Assembly (NCBI GenBank): GCA_050309605.1 | Contig: JBNRMN010000082.1 | Location: forward strand, 1-64,000 | Source: Anaerohalosphaeraceae bacterium | GTDB taxonomy: Bacteria > Planctomycetota > Phycisphaerae > Sedimentisphaerales > Anaerohalosphaeraceae | Direction: 5' to 3' | DNA: 64,000 nucleotides | Shown here: in pieces, positions 54,041 to 63,495 of the stretch | Layout of the letters: each line of letters starts with the position of its first letter | How positions within the stretch are numbered: the first letter of the stretch is position 1 | Translations under genes and position numbers: made by a program | The notes under the pieces: model-generated | What the model was told of the DNA's origin: nothing | Databases searched by the model: none | The model's input: only the letters and a program-made list of their open reading frames with translations

Positions 54041-56284
54041 GTGTTTAGGGCCAAAGAATTTGTATTCATTCTTGTGATCGTTTTAATCGCCGGCGTTCTG
54101 GGGATAGGGTCTGTTGCCTCTTCAATACTCATAAGCCAGGACGGCGTCTTCTGGGTACAGGCGGCTCAGGATTACCGTTCTCTTCAGTCTGGCGATAGGC
54201 TTCCTAAGCAAACGGGGTACGATTGGCGTTCTTTTCCCGTCGAAAACCTGAGTGATTCCAAGGCCGGATGGAACCCGTATCGCAGATATCTTTTTTATCC
54301 TTACAATGGCCAGCTCGGCATTTCAGTGGATACAAACGGCATTGCTGTTTTTGAACGGCAGGTTGGTTATTTTCCCGTCTTGGCTGTTTATCAGAAGGAG
54401 CTTGGAACGAGTTGGCACCATATCGCTGTCACCTATGAGGACAAACAGGCTGTCATCTACCTCAACGGCAGACAGGTACGCACCGGTCTGGTTTCCGATT
54501 GCGAGCAGTCTTTTTCTGCGGCAAAAACTCTGGGTGGACATACAAGCTCTTCTGTGGGAAATTTCAAAGGACTTGTTCGTGACGTTCAAATATGGAACAG
54601 GGCCTTGAGCGCAGAGGAGGTGAGGGAGGTTGCCGACGGCGTCTTGATTGATCAGGGGATGGCATGTCATTGGCCGTTTAACGAAGGAGCGGGGACAAAA
54701 CTCGATGATAAATCAGGAAATGGCCATCAGGCGATAATCAAAGGGGCGCGGTGGATTGACACTGAAGAGGACAGAGCACTGCAATTTGACGGCGTCCAGG
54801 ACACGGTGGTATTAAATTATCCGACCCTTGAAGATTCGTTTTCAATAGCTGTGCGGGTTCGAGTCGAAGCGGGACATATCAGTGAATCCTTGTCTTTATG
54901 GTTCTGGCAAATTCAGGACATCGGCTTTCCCTGGATGATCAACCATTGGCATCGGTTGCTGAGCCTTTTTGGATTAGGTCAAGAAAATCGGGATTGGCTT
55001 CTGGCCGGACAGACGTTTTGTTTATTATGTCGGTTACTGTCTGTGATTCCGCTTTATTTTCTTGGCAGGCGGTTGGTCGGTGGCCGTTATGCATTCTGGG
55101 CGTTAATTATCCTGGTTTGTTTGCCGTGGCCGGCAGAGTGGGGGCACGATGTCCTGCGGGAATGGCCGCATCTGTTGTTCCTGGGCGGCGGGCTGTTCAT
55201 GGTGCTGCGGGCGTTTGAGTCCGGACGTGTTTTCTATTTGCTGCCGGCAGGAGTGATGGCGGGGGCGGGGCACACTATTCGGCCGGAAGCCGCGCAAGTC
55301 ATACTCTATGCATTAGTGGGGTTGATCTTGGCTTTACTTCGGCCTGAGAAAATGAAATTTTCCCGCAAGCAATCCCTGACAGGGGCGCTCTGGTTAATCG
55401 GGGGATTTGCTGTTATCGCTCTGCCGTATCTGCATGCCAAAGGCTATGCGATGCCGCAGAAACTGGACAAATTGTTGTCTATGAACGTACAGGACAGCTC
55501 CGTTGTCATGCACAGCACCGATGCCCCAAACAGTTATTCAACCTCTGCAGGCAATGCATTTGCCTCGTTGGAGGGTGTGATCGATTTGGTTCAAGATCTT
55601 TGTGAGAATTTTTACTATTATTTTTTTCCCTTTATGCTAATGGGACTTTATCGTTTTTTAGTTCAGCCGCGACAAATGCCTTTTGAAAAACCGCTGCTGA
55701 TTGCGTTTATAGTTATAAATACTCTGATGCTGACCACACTCTATCACAATTGGGGGTATATCACTCGAAGGCATGTGCTGCCGCTGACAGCAATGACCGT
55801 GTTTTTTGTGCCGCAGGGTTTACAATGTGCCGCTGCGTTGTTGAGCAGAAAAAAAACGGAACCCGCCGGTCGGGGTAAGCCGGGCAAACAGGGGCGGATG
55901 TTTGGTGTAATGATGTGCCTGGGCATTCTGGTCTGCCTGCCCAAATTGGCTAAGCCGCAAGGCTCCAACATCGGTTTTCGCAAAACGGCTGATTATCTGA
56001 GGCTGAAGACGCCGACCCATACGATCATTGCCGTTCCTGACCCGCGCATCGGTTTTTATGCGGAACGGACTCAGATTCCGTATGAAGTCAGGCCGCCTTC
56101 AGGCGAATGGGAATATATCGTCATTCATGAAAAAAACAGCAAGATCAAGTCGGACGGTCCGCTGATAAAGATCTATTCCCATCCGCTGCGATTGGATCGG
56201 GATTCTGGTGACGCGGTTATCTATCGTCGGGCGCCTATCCCGCGTACTGACGACAATAAATCTGTTACCAACCCTGCATCTTGA
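54041..56284 (+). CDS. GT-C (PMT/ArnT-like) polytopic glycosyltransferase with an inserted LamG domain
   Basis: TM1 followed by SQDGVFW; GFP motif; IPLYFLGRRL, DVLREWP, IRPEAA, ITRRHVLPL; many TM helices; LamG motifs at about 54230-54890. Confidence 0.75.
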   Translation: MFRAKEFVFILVIVLIAGVLGIGSVASSILISQDGVFWVQAAQDYRSLQSGDRLPKQTGYDWRSFPVENLSDSKAGWNPYRRYLFYPYNGQLGISVDTNGIAVFERQVGYFPVLAVYQKELGTSWHHIAVTYEDKQAVIYLNGRQVRTGLVSDCEQSFSAAKTLGGHTSSSVGNFKGLVRDVQIWNRALSAEEVREVADGVLIDQGMACHWPFNEGAGTKLDDKSGNGHQAIIKGARWIDTEEDRALQFDGVQDTVVLNYPTLEDSFSIAVRVRVEAGHISESLSLWFWQIQDIGFPWMINHWHRLLSLFGLGQENRDWLLAGQTFCLLCRLLSVIPLYFLGRRLVGGRYAFWALIILVCLPWPAEWGHDVLREWPHLLFLGGGLFMVLRAFESGRVFYLLPAGVMAGAGHTIRPEAAQVILYALVGLILALLRPEKMKFSRKQSLTGALWLIGGFAVIALPYLHAKGYAMPQKLDKLLSMNVQDSSVVMHSTDAPNSYSTSAGNAFASLEGVIDLVQDLCENFYYYFFPFMLMGLYRFLVQPRQMPFEKPLLIAFIVINTLMLTTLYHNWGYITRRHVLPLTAMTVFFVPQGLQCAAALLSRKKTEPAGRGKPGKQGRMFGVMMCLGILVCLPKLAKPQGSNIGFRKTADYLRLKTPTHTIIAVPDPRIGFYAERTQIPYEVRPPSGEWEYIVIHEKNSKIKSDGPLIKIYSHPLRLDRDSGDAVIYRRAPIPRTDDNKSVTNPAS

Positions 56285-57599
56285 TCAGAGCGGGAAGGGT
56301 ATTGATGAGAATATAAAGATTCAGCCGAAGTGAACGTCGCTGAATATATAAATAGTCATATTTGAGTTTATGACGGGGATGGAGGTCATACAGTCCTCGA
56401 ATCTGGGCCAATCCTGTCAAGCCGGGCTTGACCGCCAGACGGATACCGCGAAGCGCTTTGTGTGAGTTCACACGAAACAGGTTTTCCGGGCGCGGCCCGA
56501 CCAGGCTCATCTCACCCCTGAGAATATTGAAAAGCTGGGGGATTTCATCCAAACGATAACGCCGCAAGAAACGACCTGCCGGCGTGATGCGGCTGTCAGA
56601 TGGGCAGGCCGGCTGAAAGCCCTTGATTTTCTCGGCATTTTGATACATGGTGCGAAATTTATAAATCGTGAACAAAGCGCCGTCTTTTCCGACTCTGGAT
56701 TGGGTATAGAAAACCGGGCCGTGCGAAGTCAGTTTGACGGTTAAGGCAATCGCTCCTAATATCGGCGTAAGCACAATCAAACCTGTCAGTGCAAAGAGGA
56801 TATCAATCAGTCGAATAAAGAATTCTTCTGCATCGCGTCGTTGACCTTCAAATGTACGGAGAAACCGCTTTTCGGTCCCGTTAATCTGTTCAGTGATCAG
56901 TTTCAAATAGATTACCGGAGTAAACACCAGATCAATCCCAAAACGTTGAGTCAACAGCATCAGTTCCTGCATCAGATCGGAAGATGTAATTTCTTCGGCA
57001 ATGATAATTTGGTCGATGTCTTTTAAATTGATTTTCAGTGCTTTGCATTCCTCAGGCAAAAACCGATGAACGACGCTTTTTTTGCCTATAATACCTTTCA
57101 CATCCCCGCGACCGATCACAATAATTTTTTTTTGGATGCCATCATGTCGTTTGAGTATCCACTGATTGAGTTTGAAAACCGTCAGCGTAATGATTGGAGT
57201 AACGATAATGAAGATGCTGGTCGGAAAGGTGCCCCATTTCTCTCTGAAAATATACATAAAAACGGTGCTTATTAAAGCGGCTGCCATCGCGCCGAGGGTT
57301 ATCCTGATGAACAGTTGCCATGAGGAACGGAACCGGAGCTTATAAACTCCGAAAACAGACAACGATAACAAATAAAGAGCCGTCAGCCACGGCCAGCTTT
57401 CACGATACGGAGTAAAACTTCGTGCCGGAATCCCGCCGTACCGCAGATAAAATGCGGCAATAAAGCCGAGGTTAATCAAAAACACATCGAAAATAATCGC
57501 ACGTATTCTGCTCGTCGTTTCTTTGTTGAGATAATTCGATAAAACTCTATCGCCGGAGAATTGTTTACTTGTGTTGTTCTCCGCAGACGACCGCTTCAT
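56265..57599 (-). CDS. Polyprenyl glycosylphosphotransferase (priming sugar transferase, WcaJ/WbaP type)
   Basis: GPVFYTQSRVG..YKFRTM, LRRYRLDEIPQLFNILRGEMSLVGPRPE, KPGLTGLAQI; start position uncertain. Confidence 0.92.
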   Translation of the reverse strand: MKRSSAENNTSKQFSGDRVLSNYLNKETTSRIRAIIFDVFLINLGFIAAFYLRYGGIPARSFTPYRESWPWLTALYLLSLSVFGVYKLRFRSSWQLFIRITLGAMAAALISTVFMYIFREKWGTFPTSIFIIVTPIITLTVFKLNQWILKRHDGIQKKIIVIGRGDVKGIIGKKSVVHRFLPEECKALKINLKDIDQIIIAEEITSSDLMQELMLLTQRFGIDLVFTPVIYLKLITEQINGTEKRFLRTFEGQRRDAEEFFIRLIDILFALTGLIVLTPILGAIALTVKLTSHGPVFYTQSRVGKDGALFTIYKFRTMYQNAEKIKGFQPACPSDSRITPAGRFLRRYRLDEIPQLFNILRGEMSLVGPRPENLFRVNSHKALRGIRLAVKPGLTGLAQIRGLYDLHPRHKLKYDYLYIQRRSLRLNLYILINTLPALIKMQGW

Positions 57600-58677
57600 A
57601 AAACGTCTCCATTTGTTTCGTAACAAGTTCCCAGGAATAATAATGCCTAATCCGATTGACGGATGCGGATTTGATTCTATCGACCATTTCAGTCCGGCCA
57701 AGGAGCATCTTGATCTTATGGGACAGATCATCGATGGATTGATTCTTGAATGAATAGCCGCAATCCCCTATTGCCTCAAGATTTTCAGGAATGTCGCTGA
57801 CCAGGCAGCAGTTGCCGTAGCTCATGGCTTCCAACAGGGAAAGGGAGAGCCCTTCGACAATAGAGGGCTGAACATACAATCGAGCATGACTGAAAAGCTC
57901 ATCCAGCAGCCGACCTTCAACGAAACCCGGAAAAATAATCCGGTTGTCTCCTGTGGCCAGATTTTTCAATTGAATTAAATAGGGGTCTTTATTTCCAAGA
58001 TCGCCCGCTACGACCAGTTTAATCGGAAGATCGAGTTTGCGAAAGGCCGATATCAGATAATGAGCTCCTTTTTCCGGTACAAGCCGGGATGCAAAAAGGA
58101 TGTAATTGTCGGGTTGAAGTCCCAGCGCATAGAGATCACGAGGGGCGGCGGGGGATTTAATGGTTGCGGCGGTGGGGATATAATCCGCTGTAATCTGATA
58201 CGTTTTCAGGAGGTAGTCGCATTGTGTTCGGGACACAGCGGTACAGGCCGCAGCCTGTCTGATGGATGCTTTTTCGAGGCATTTCAAAAATCGGGAACCG
58301 AACGTTCCCCAGCGGCGACGACACCACTCAATACCGTGCATTTGCAGAACTGTCTTACAGCCGCGCATTCGCGGCAGTATTCCGAAGGCGCCGGCTGCAA
58401 CACTGTGGAGGTGAACAATGTCATATCGACCGCGAAAAAGCACATCAAGTGAAGCAGAAAGCGAAGCGGACAGTTTTTGCAGGGATGGTTTTTTGAAGGC
58501 GAAGACCGGTTGTATTCTCATCCCGTTGATTTGCGAATCCAGGGCCCCGTAATGAGTCATTGAATAGACCGTCACCTCGTGGCCTTTGGCAACAAGACGG
58601 GAACCCAGCTCATAGGTATATTTTTCAATCCCGCCGCCGCGAAGCGGATGTTTTACAACCAGATGTGCAATTCGCAT
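57565..58677 (-). CDS. Glycosyltransferase family 4
   Basis: GGIEKY, HGIEW, RLVPEKG, PSIVEGLSLSLLEAMSYG..SDIPEN. Confidence 0.92.
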   Translation of the reverse strand: MRIAHLVVKHPLRGGGIEKYTYELGSRLVAKGHEVTVYSMTHYGALDSQINGMRIQPVFAFKKPSLQKLSASLSASLDVLFRGRYDIVHLHSVAAGAFGILPRMRGCKTVLQMHGIEWCRRRWGTFGSRFLKCLEKASIRQAAACTAVSRTQCDYLLKTYQITADYIPTAATIKSPAAPRDLYALGLQPDNYILFASRLVPEKGAHYLISAFRKLDLPIKLVVAGDLGNKDPYLIQLKNLATGDNRIIFPGFVEGRLLDELFSHARLYVQPSIVEGLSLSLLEAMSYGNCCLVSDIPENLEAIGDCGYSFKNQSIDDLSHKIKMLLGRTEMVDRIKSASVNRIRHYYSWELVTKQMETFYEAVVCGEQHK

Positions 58678-58690
58678 AACAAATGCGCCT

Positions 58691-59734
58691 TCAGGCAGGG
58701 GTTGAATCCGTCGAGGTATTTGGAATATTGAAATTCAAATTGGTGTCCGCCGTGATACGTTTGCCAAATATTACGTTGAATTTATTTTTTATCACCCAGG
58801 GCAGAATGTATCGAATATATTTTTTCATTACCGGCGAGGCCGAACCAATCATCCAGCAGTTTTTAGGGCAATGGGCCACCTTCTTGCGCACCTGCTCAGC
58901 ATGATCGCTGTTCCAAATGTCCATAAAATCGGCAGCATCGCGCAGATTGCCCATTGTTTCGAACCAGAACCGGGCCTCCATTCCGTTGCAGGGCAGAATG
59001 TTACCGGTCGGATCGATAAAAAAATTCTCCGTTCCCGCTTCACATGGCAATATGCGGGGAAACCCTTTAATATAGTGAATCAGTCCGAGATTAAACAAGG
59101 CCCTGAACCAGGATTTGGGGTGCTTTTCCTGCATCAGCCGATTGACAAGGTCTTCAAAATCCGCGCTGACTTTTGCAACATCATGAATTCGATTATCGTT
59201 CTTGTGAAAATAATATGAGTTATGCAGGGCAGCCGTTGAGAACTCCATTTTCATACGTTTGGCCAGTTCATACAGCCACAGCATATCAGCGGAGTTATGG
59301 TCTGAGACCGTGATACCGAAACCGATATCCCGGATTCCCATTTTTCGAAGGCCCAGCAATGTGCGAAGTCCGCGGTCAAACCCTCCTGCACGTCCCCGCA
59401 GCTCATCGTTAATCCGTGAAAATCCCTCCAGGCTGACCCGAAAACCCAACGCCGGAAAGCGTTCGGCCAGCCGCAGCACGCGATCTTCAAACCAGCCGCT
59501 TGTCGAGATGACAACGCGGCGCGTTTTTGTAAACAAGATACGAATGATCTCGTCCAGATCATCACGCATAAACGGTTCGCCGCCGGTTACATTGGCCAAA
59601 GCCAGGGGGGGGAGTTTTTGTAACACAGAGGGAGGAAATTCATCTGTTATCTCTGTGGGATGATTCCAAATATTGCACATCATACACTGCATCGGGCAAC
59701 GATAGGTTGTGATGATGGAGGCTTCAAGGCTCAT
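58691..59734 (-). CDS. Radical SAM/SPASM-domain protein
   Basis: CPMQCMMC, TGGEPF, CEAG..IDPTGNILPC..CPKNCW. Confidence 0.92.
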   Translation of the reverse strand: MSLEASIITTYRCPMQCMMCNIWNHPTEITDEFPPSVLQKLPPLALANVTGGEPFMRDDLDEIIRILFTKTRRVVISTSGWFEDRVLRLAERFPALGFRVSLEGFSRINDELRGRAGGFDRGLRTLLGLRKMGIRDIGFGITVSDHNSADMLWLYELAKRMKMEFSTAALHNSYYFHKNDNRIHDVAKVSADFEDLVNRLMQEKHPKSWFRALFNLGLIHYIKGFPRILPCEAGTENFFIDPTGNILPCNGMEARFWFETMGNLRDAADFMDIWNSDHAEQVRKKVAHCPKNCWMIGSASPVMKKYIRYILPWVIKNKFNVIFGKRITADTNLNFNIPNTSTDSTPA

Positions 59735-60984
59735 GATAATAACTCACTGAAAATCCGGTTTATTTGTTCAAGATGATGTTGTTTTGTGAAGTTCTGCTCA
59801 TACAATTTGCGCGATTGCTGCCCCATTGAACGAATATCGACAGTGGCCAATTCGTCGAGGGCATGCGTCAGTGCCGATTTATCGCCGACAGGGACCAGTT
59901 TTCCGTTGATTCCGTCATGAACCAGTTCCGGCATACTGCCGATATCAAAAGCAAGAATAGGCTTTCCAAGACACATGGCTTCCAGCACGCTGTTGGGCGA
60001 ATTTTCATACCACAGCGCAGGATGCACTATAAATCGAGCACCCGACTGAATACGCTGCAAGGTGCCGGTTTCAAGCAGACCGGTAAATTTAACCATTGCT
60101 TTTTTTCTGTCGGGGATCAATGACTCCAGGTAGGAACGATAATCCGAGGTATATTTACCGACCAGAAGCAGCGGCAGCGAAGTTGTAGCGTGAACATAAG
60201 CCCGTATGAGTGCTTCGATGCCTTTTTCTTTCGAAATATTTCCACAATACAGGATATACTGTGGGTTGTTACTCGAAGACGAATTCTCCTTTGAGGTTTT
60301 CATATCTTCCGCGAAGGTTGGAATATGCAGAAGTTTATGTTCCTCGTATCCCGACTCTATCATCAATCGCCGCATAAATGCGGTTGGACAGATAAAACGA
60401 TCTACTTCGTCATAATATCCGCATCGGCGAAAAAGTTTGATTTGCATCGCCCGTGCCGTCGAGATCAGTCGCGACCCTTTCACGCAGCGGTACTTCACGG
60501 CGGCCCACAGTGTGCGGCGACAGGCAGTACAGACGCGCCCGTCCCGGCAGAATAAATAGCTCGCGCAAAATAGATGATAATCGGAAAGCCGATAAACGAC
60601 TGGAAGTCCAAACTCGCGTTTCGCGATTCGTATCAGATTTGGCAAAAATGACGAAGACAAGTAGATCATATAGATCAGGTCCGGCTTCTCATCACGCAGA
60701 ACTGTTCGAAACGCAGTGTTGACCGTCGAATTATAAAACATCGACAGCAGCGTTTGGGCACGTTTTCGAATGGAAAGCCGTTGCTGATCGAAAAGCGCAG
60801 GGCCGGGTCCTGTAATGGGCGGGGGAAAATAATGCCGATAAGGCGTGTCCCGTGTTTCTGCATAATCAAAACAAAACGGGATAACGGTATGGCCCTGTTC
60901 TTCAAGCGCACGCCGGATATTAAAGAAGTAGCGATCCGGACCGCCGTTGATGAAATAGTGATAATTAACCAATGCAATTCGCAT
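59731..60984 (-). CDS. Glycosyltransferase family 4 with Cys-rich insertion
   Basis: GGPDRY, DYHLFC..VCTAC..RCVK, EKGI, PALWYENSPNSVLEAM. Confidence 0.9.
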   Translation of the reverse strand: MRIALVNYHYFINGGPDRYFFNIRRALEEQGHTVIPFCFDYAETRDTPYRHYFPPPITGPGPALFDQQRLSIRKRAQTLLSMFYNSTVNTAFRTVLRDEKPDLIYMIYLSSSFLPNLIRIAKREFGLPVVYRLSDYHLFCASYLFCRDGRVCTACRRTLWAAVKYRCVKGSRLISTARAMQIKLFRRCGYYDEVDRFICPTAFMRRLMIESGYEEHKLLHIPTFAEDMKTSKENSSSSNNPQYILYCGNISKEKGIEALIRAYVHATTSLPLLLVGKYTSDYRSYLESLIPDRKKAMVKFTGLLETGTLQRIQSGARFIVHPALWYENSPNSVLEAMCLGKPILAFDIGSMPELVHDGINGKLVPVGDKSALTHALDELATVDIRSMGQQSRKLYEQNFTKQHHLEQINRIFSELLS

Positions 60985-60989
60985 TTTTC

Positions 60990-62282
60990 TTAATGTCTCA
61001 GGCCCTTTATCCGGCACACTATCTTTCCAAGCGACTCCAGCAAACTCCAGAAGCAGCGTCGTCGTCCTATCCAGGTTTGCACAAGCCCTGCCGCTACGCT
61101 AAAGATGTCTCTCATGCGAGCATGTCCGCTGAATTGTGCCCCGTAATCGGGAACGATCTTGCCGAACAGCCGACGCAGAAAAAACGCGGCGAAGATGCGT
61201 TGCTTTTTCATATAGAGGCCTTGACGTTGGGCGGCCAGAAGGGTTTCTTTGGGGAGCGGATTCAGCACGATTGCTCCTTCCTGTTGAGCGTCTCTGAGTA
61301 CCGCATCAAGTCGGGCGGATCGGACAATCAGGGCGTTGATGCCTTTGTCGTCTTGCAGATAGGGATTGATATGAATATCTCCAAAAGACATATCGGAAAA
61401 TTCCGCTGTATGGTCAAAGCATAGAAGACACCGCCTGTAATTGAAAAAAGCATGCAATTGACGGTAATACTCATGATAGGGAATTTTGCACAGCATCTGG
61501 CCGGTTTTGGAAACGACTTTCAGGCAGCCGGGATAACCTTCATCCCGATAAGAAAATGAGCCGATATTATTCGGATCAAGACCCAACTTATAGCACAGGT
61601 ATTCAGGCATCTGACGGGTTCGGGTCGAACTGCAAAACAAACCGAAAAAGGCATAAATTTTTGATCCAAATTCAGGATTCTGTGCCGCCAGAAGTCGAAA
61701 TCCCTGGAGGTGGCAAGGCAGGCCTACCAACACAAAAGGGCCTTCGGTTGACATGATCGTGTCATAAACACCATGCCGGCTGACCGGACAATATCGGCTG
61801 CTTCGGGCCGCTATGATCTCCTCTCGTGTCCGGGCCAGGACCGTCCGAGCTTGAATCGGCTCTTGCGGATCGTGGGCGGCCACCACGGCTCCGGCTATGA
61901 TTTTTTTTTCCAAAAGATAAATCAACAGGGCACAGACCATTCCGCCGGATGCAGAATGATAACGAATGGAATCATCTGCGGCATAGCCGGCATATAAGGC
62001 ACGGTAGCAGCCCAAGCCGTCTTCCGAAGAGATGTCGGCATTTTCGAATAAACGCTGGGTGTTGGCCCCAAAATCAAACCTTTTACCTGGACAGCTATGC
62101 AAACAGCGATGGCACCCCTGATTGGCCAGACAGTGTACATTCTCTACGGTGGGTTTATATGCATCCCACTCCAACCGCATCGTGACCGCGCCGACTGGAC
62201 AGGCCGCCGTACACACACCACATCCGACGCAAAGTCCTGAGGCGGCAACGGCGGCGACGTTTTGAAATGTATCAGTTTTCAT
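60990..62282 (-). CDS. FrhB/FdhB-like (F420 hydrogenase beta subunit family) protein with N-terminal 4Fe-4S ferredoxin
   Basis: CVGCGVC..CP, C..C..CLHSCP, SASGG, SRYCP, VGLPCH, GLFC, C..C.D..DMSFGD. Confidence 0.88.
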   Translation of the reverse strand: MKTDTFQNVAAVAASGLCVGCGVCTAACPVGAVTMRLEWDAYKPTVENVHCLANQGCHRCLHSCPGKRFDFGANTQRLFENADISSEDGLGCYRALYAGYAADDSIRYHSASGGMVCALLIYLLEKKIIAGAVVAAHDPQEPIQARTVLARTREEIIAARSSRYCPVSRHGVYDTIMSTEGPFVLVGLPCHLQGFRLLAAQNPEFGSKIYAFFGLFCSSTRTRQMPEYLCYKLGLDPNNIGSFSYRDEGYPGCLKVVSKTGQMLCKIPYHEYYRQLHAFFNYRRCLLCFDHTAEFSDMSFGDIHINPYLQDDKGINALIVRSARLDAVLRDAQQEGAIVLNPLPKETLLAAQRQGLYMKKQRIFAAFFLRRLFGKIVPDYGAQFSGHARMRDIFSVAAGLVQTWIGRRRCFWSLLESLGKIVCRIKGLRH

Positions 62283-63495
62283 TTTTTTTGCGGAGTATCG
62301 GATCCAGTTCATCCATTACGGCATAAGCACTTTCGATGAGCGAGTGTGTCATGGCAGAAAGCCGGCTTCGATAGGATTTTCGGTTTTGATGAAGCAGCGA
62401 AATCTTGGCCCGAAGGTTTGAAGGGGTATCCTGAATACTCCATCGGTATTCTCCCAATGACAGCATATTCATCAGGCCGTGGGCTTTATGGCTGTATTCA
62501 AGGATCAGGCTGGGAACGCAACATGATAAGGCGGCGATGACCGCATGCATACGTGCTCCGGCAAACAGAGCACATCGCGCGATCACCCCTTTGTAGTCTC
62601 GGGCGGAATATTCGCCGTGCAGCGCGTAAACAGATTGGGAGTTGGTCAGACGCTCATACAGCAATGGAAACAGCCGGCGGTCATCTCCGCCGGGGCCAAG
62701 CAAACGGTTGTTGTATTCGGGATAATGATCCAGCATTGCTTTGGAATAAATTTGATGCGGTATCAGAAGTACGGGCCTGTCCGTCAGGGCGATAAGTTGG
62801 CTGATCATTTCAGCCATAATCTGCAGATAATCCGCCCCGAGCAGTTTCATCCGGTGATAGAGCAAAACGCTGATATTGACACCGACATATGACCCCGCTG
62901 GAAGCACCGGAATGGATTCCGATTTTAATAAATGCTCAATACGCTCGTTCTGTGCGGCCTTCAGTACAAAGGCTGTGTCGGGATATAAGCGGACATTGTG
63001 CAACCCCAGTGATTGAAATGACTCATAGGTGATGCTGTCGCGGACGGTCAGCACGTCAAATTGCCGAAGGGCTTGTACAGCCAGAAATCGCTTCCAGCCC
63101 GGCTCAAAAGGACCGAGCGACGAAGTCATCAGCATCCGGGGAACACGGTATCGATGCAGTGCAAGCAGCTTGCGCAAAGTCAGATAAGGCGGAGAAGTGA
63201 TGTAGGCGTCTCCCCAGGGACAAACAACCGCATCCACCTGGCCGGCCAGATGACGCGCCTTAAGAAGTGTCTTGAACATGCTGCCGGGGCGCTGCACAAT
63301 ATGACAACGGCAACCGGTTTCGGACAAATATTGACTTTCAACCGGAGGACAGGCGCTCAGAAAATAATATTCGGATCCGGGATACCGATTTTCAATGATT
63401 TCAACGGCGGCATTCACCAGAGCCTGAGAACCTATGCTGACATGCGGCTTGGGACCCAGTCCGTCAATATAGAACTTTTTCGTGTGCATTGTCAT
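62272..63495 (-). CDS. Polysaccharide pyruvyl transferase (WcaK-like)
   Basis: SSLGPF, VRDSITY, PDTAF, LLIPH, GARMHAVIAAL, YSHK. Confidence 0.88.
   Translation of the reverse strand: MTMHTKKFYIDGLGPKPHVSIGSQALVNAAVEIIENRYPGSEYYFLSACPPVESQYLSETGCRCHIVQRPGSMFKTLLKARHLAGQVDAVVCPWGDAYITSPPYLTLRKLLALHRYRVPRMLMTSSLGPFEPGWKRFLAVQALRQFDVLTVRDSITYESFQSLGLHNVRLYPDTAFVLKAAQNERIEHLLKSESIPVLPAGSYVGVNISVLLYHRMKLLGADYLQIMAEMISQLIALTDRPVLLIPHQIYSKAMLDHYPEYNNRLLGPGGDDRRLFPLLYERLTNSQSVYALHGEYSARDYKGVIARCALFAGARMHAVIAALSCCVPSLILEYSHKAHGLMNMLSLGEYRWSIQDTPSNLRAKISLLHQNRKSYRSRLSAMTHSLIESAYAVMDELDPILRKKNEN

Noticed and set aside
60990..62282. Evidence for F420 hydrogenase or methanogen-type metabolism
   Set aside because: No hydrogenase subunits; FrhB-like genes are common in polysaccharide loci.
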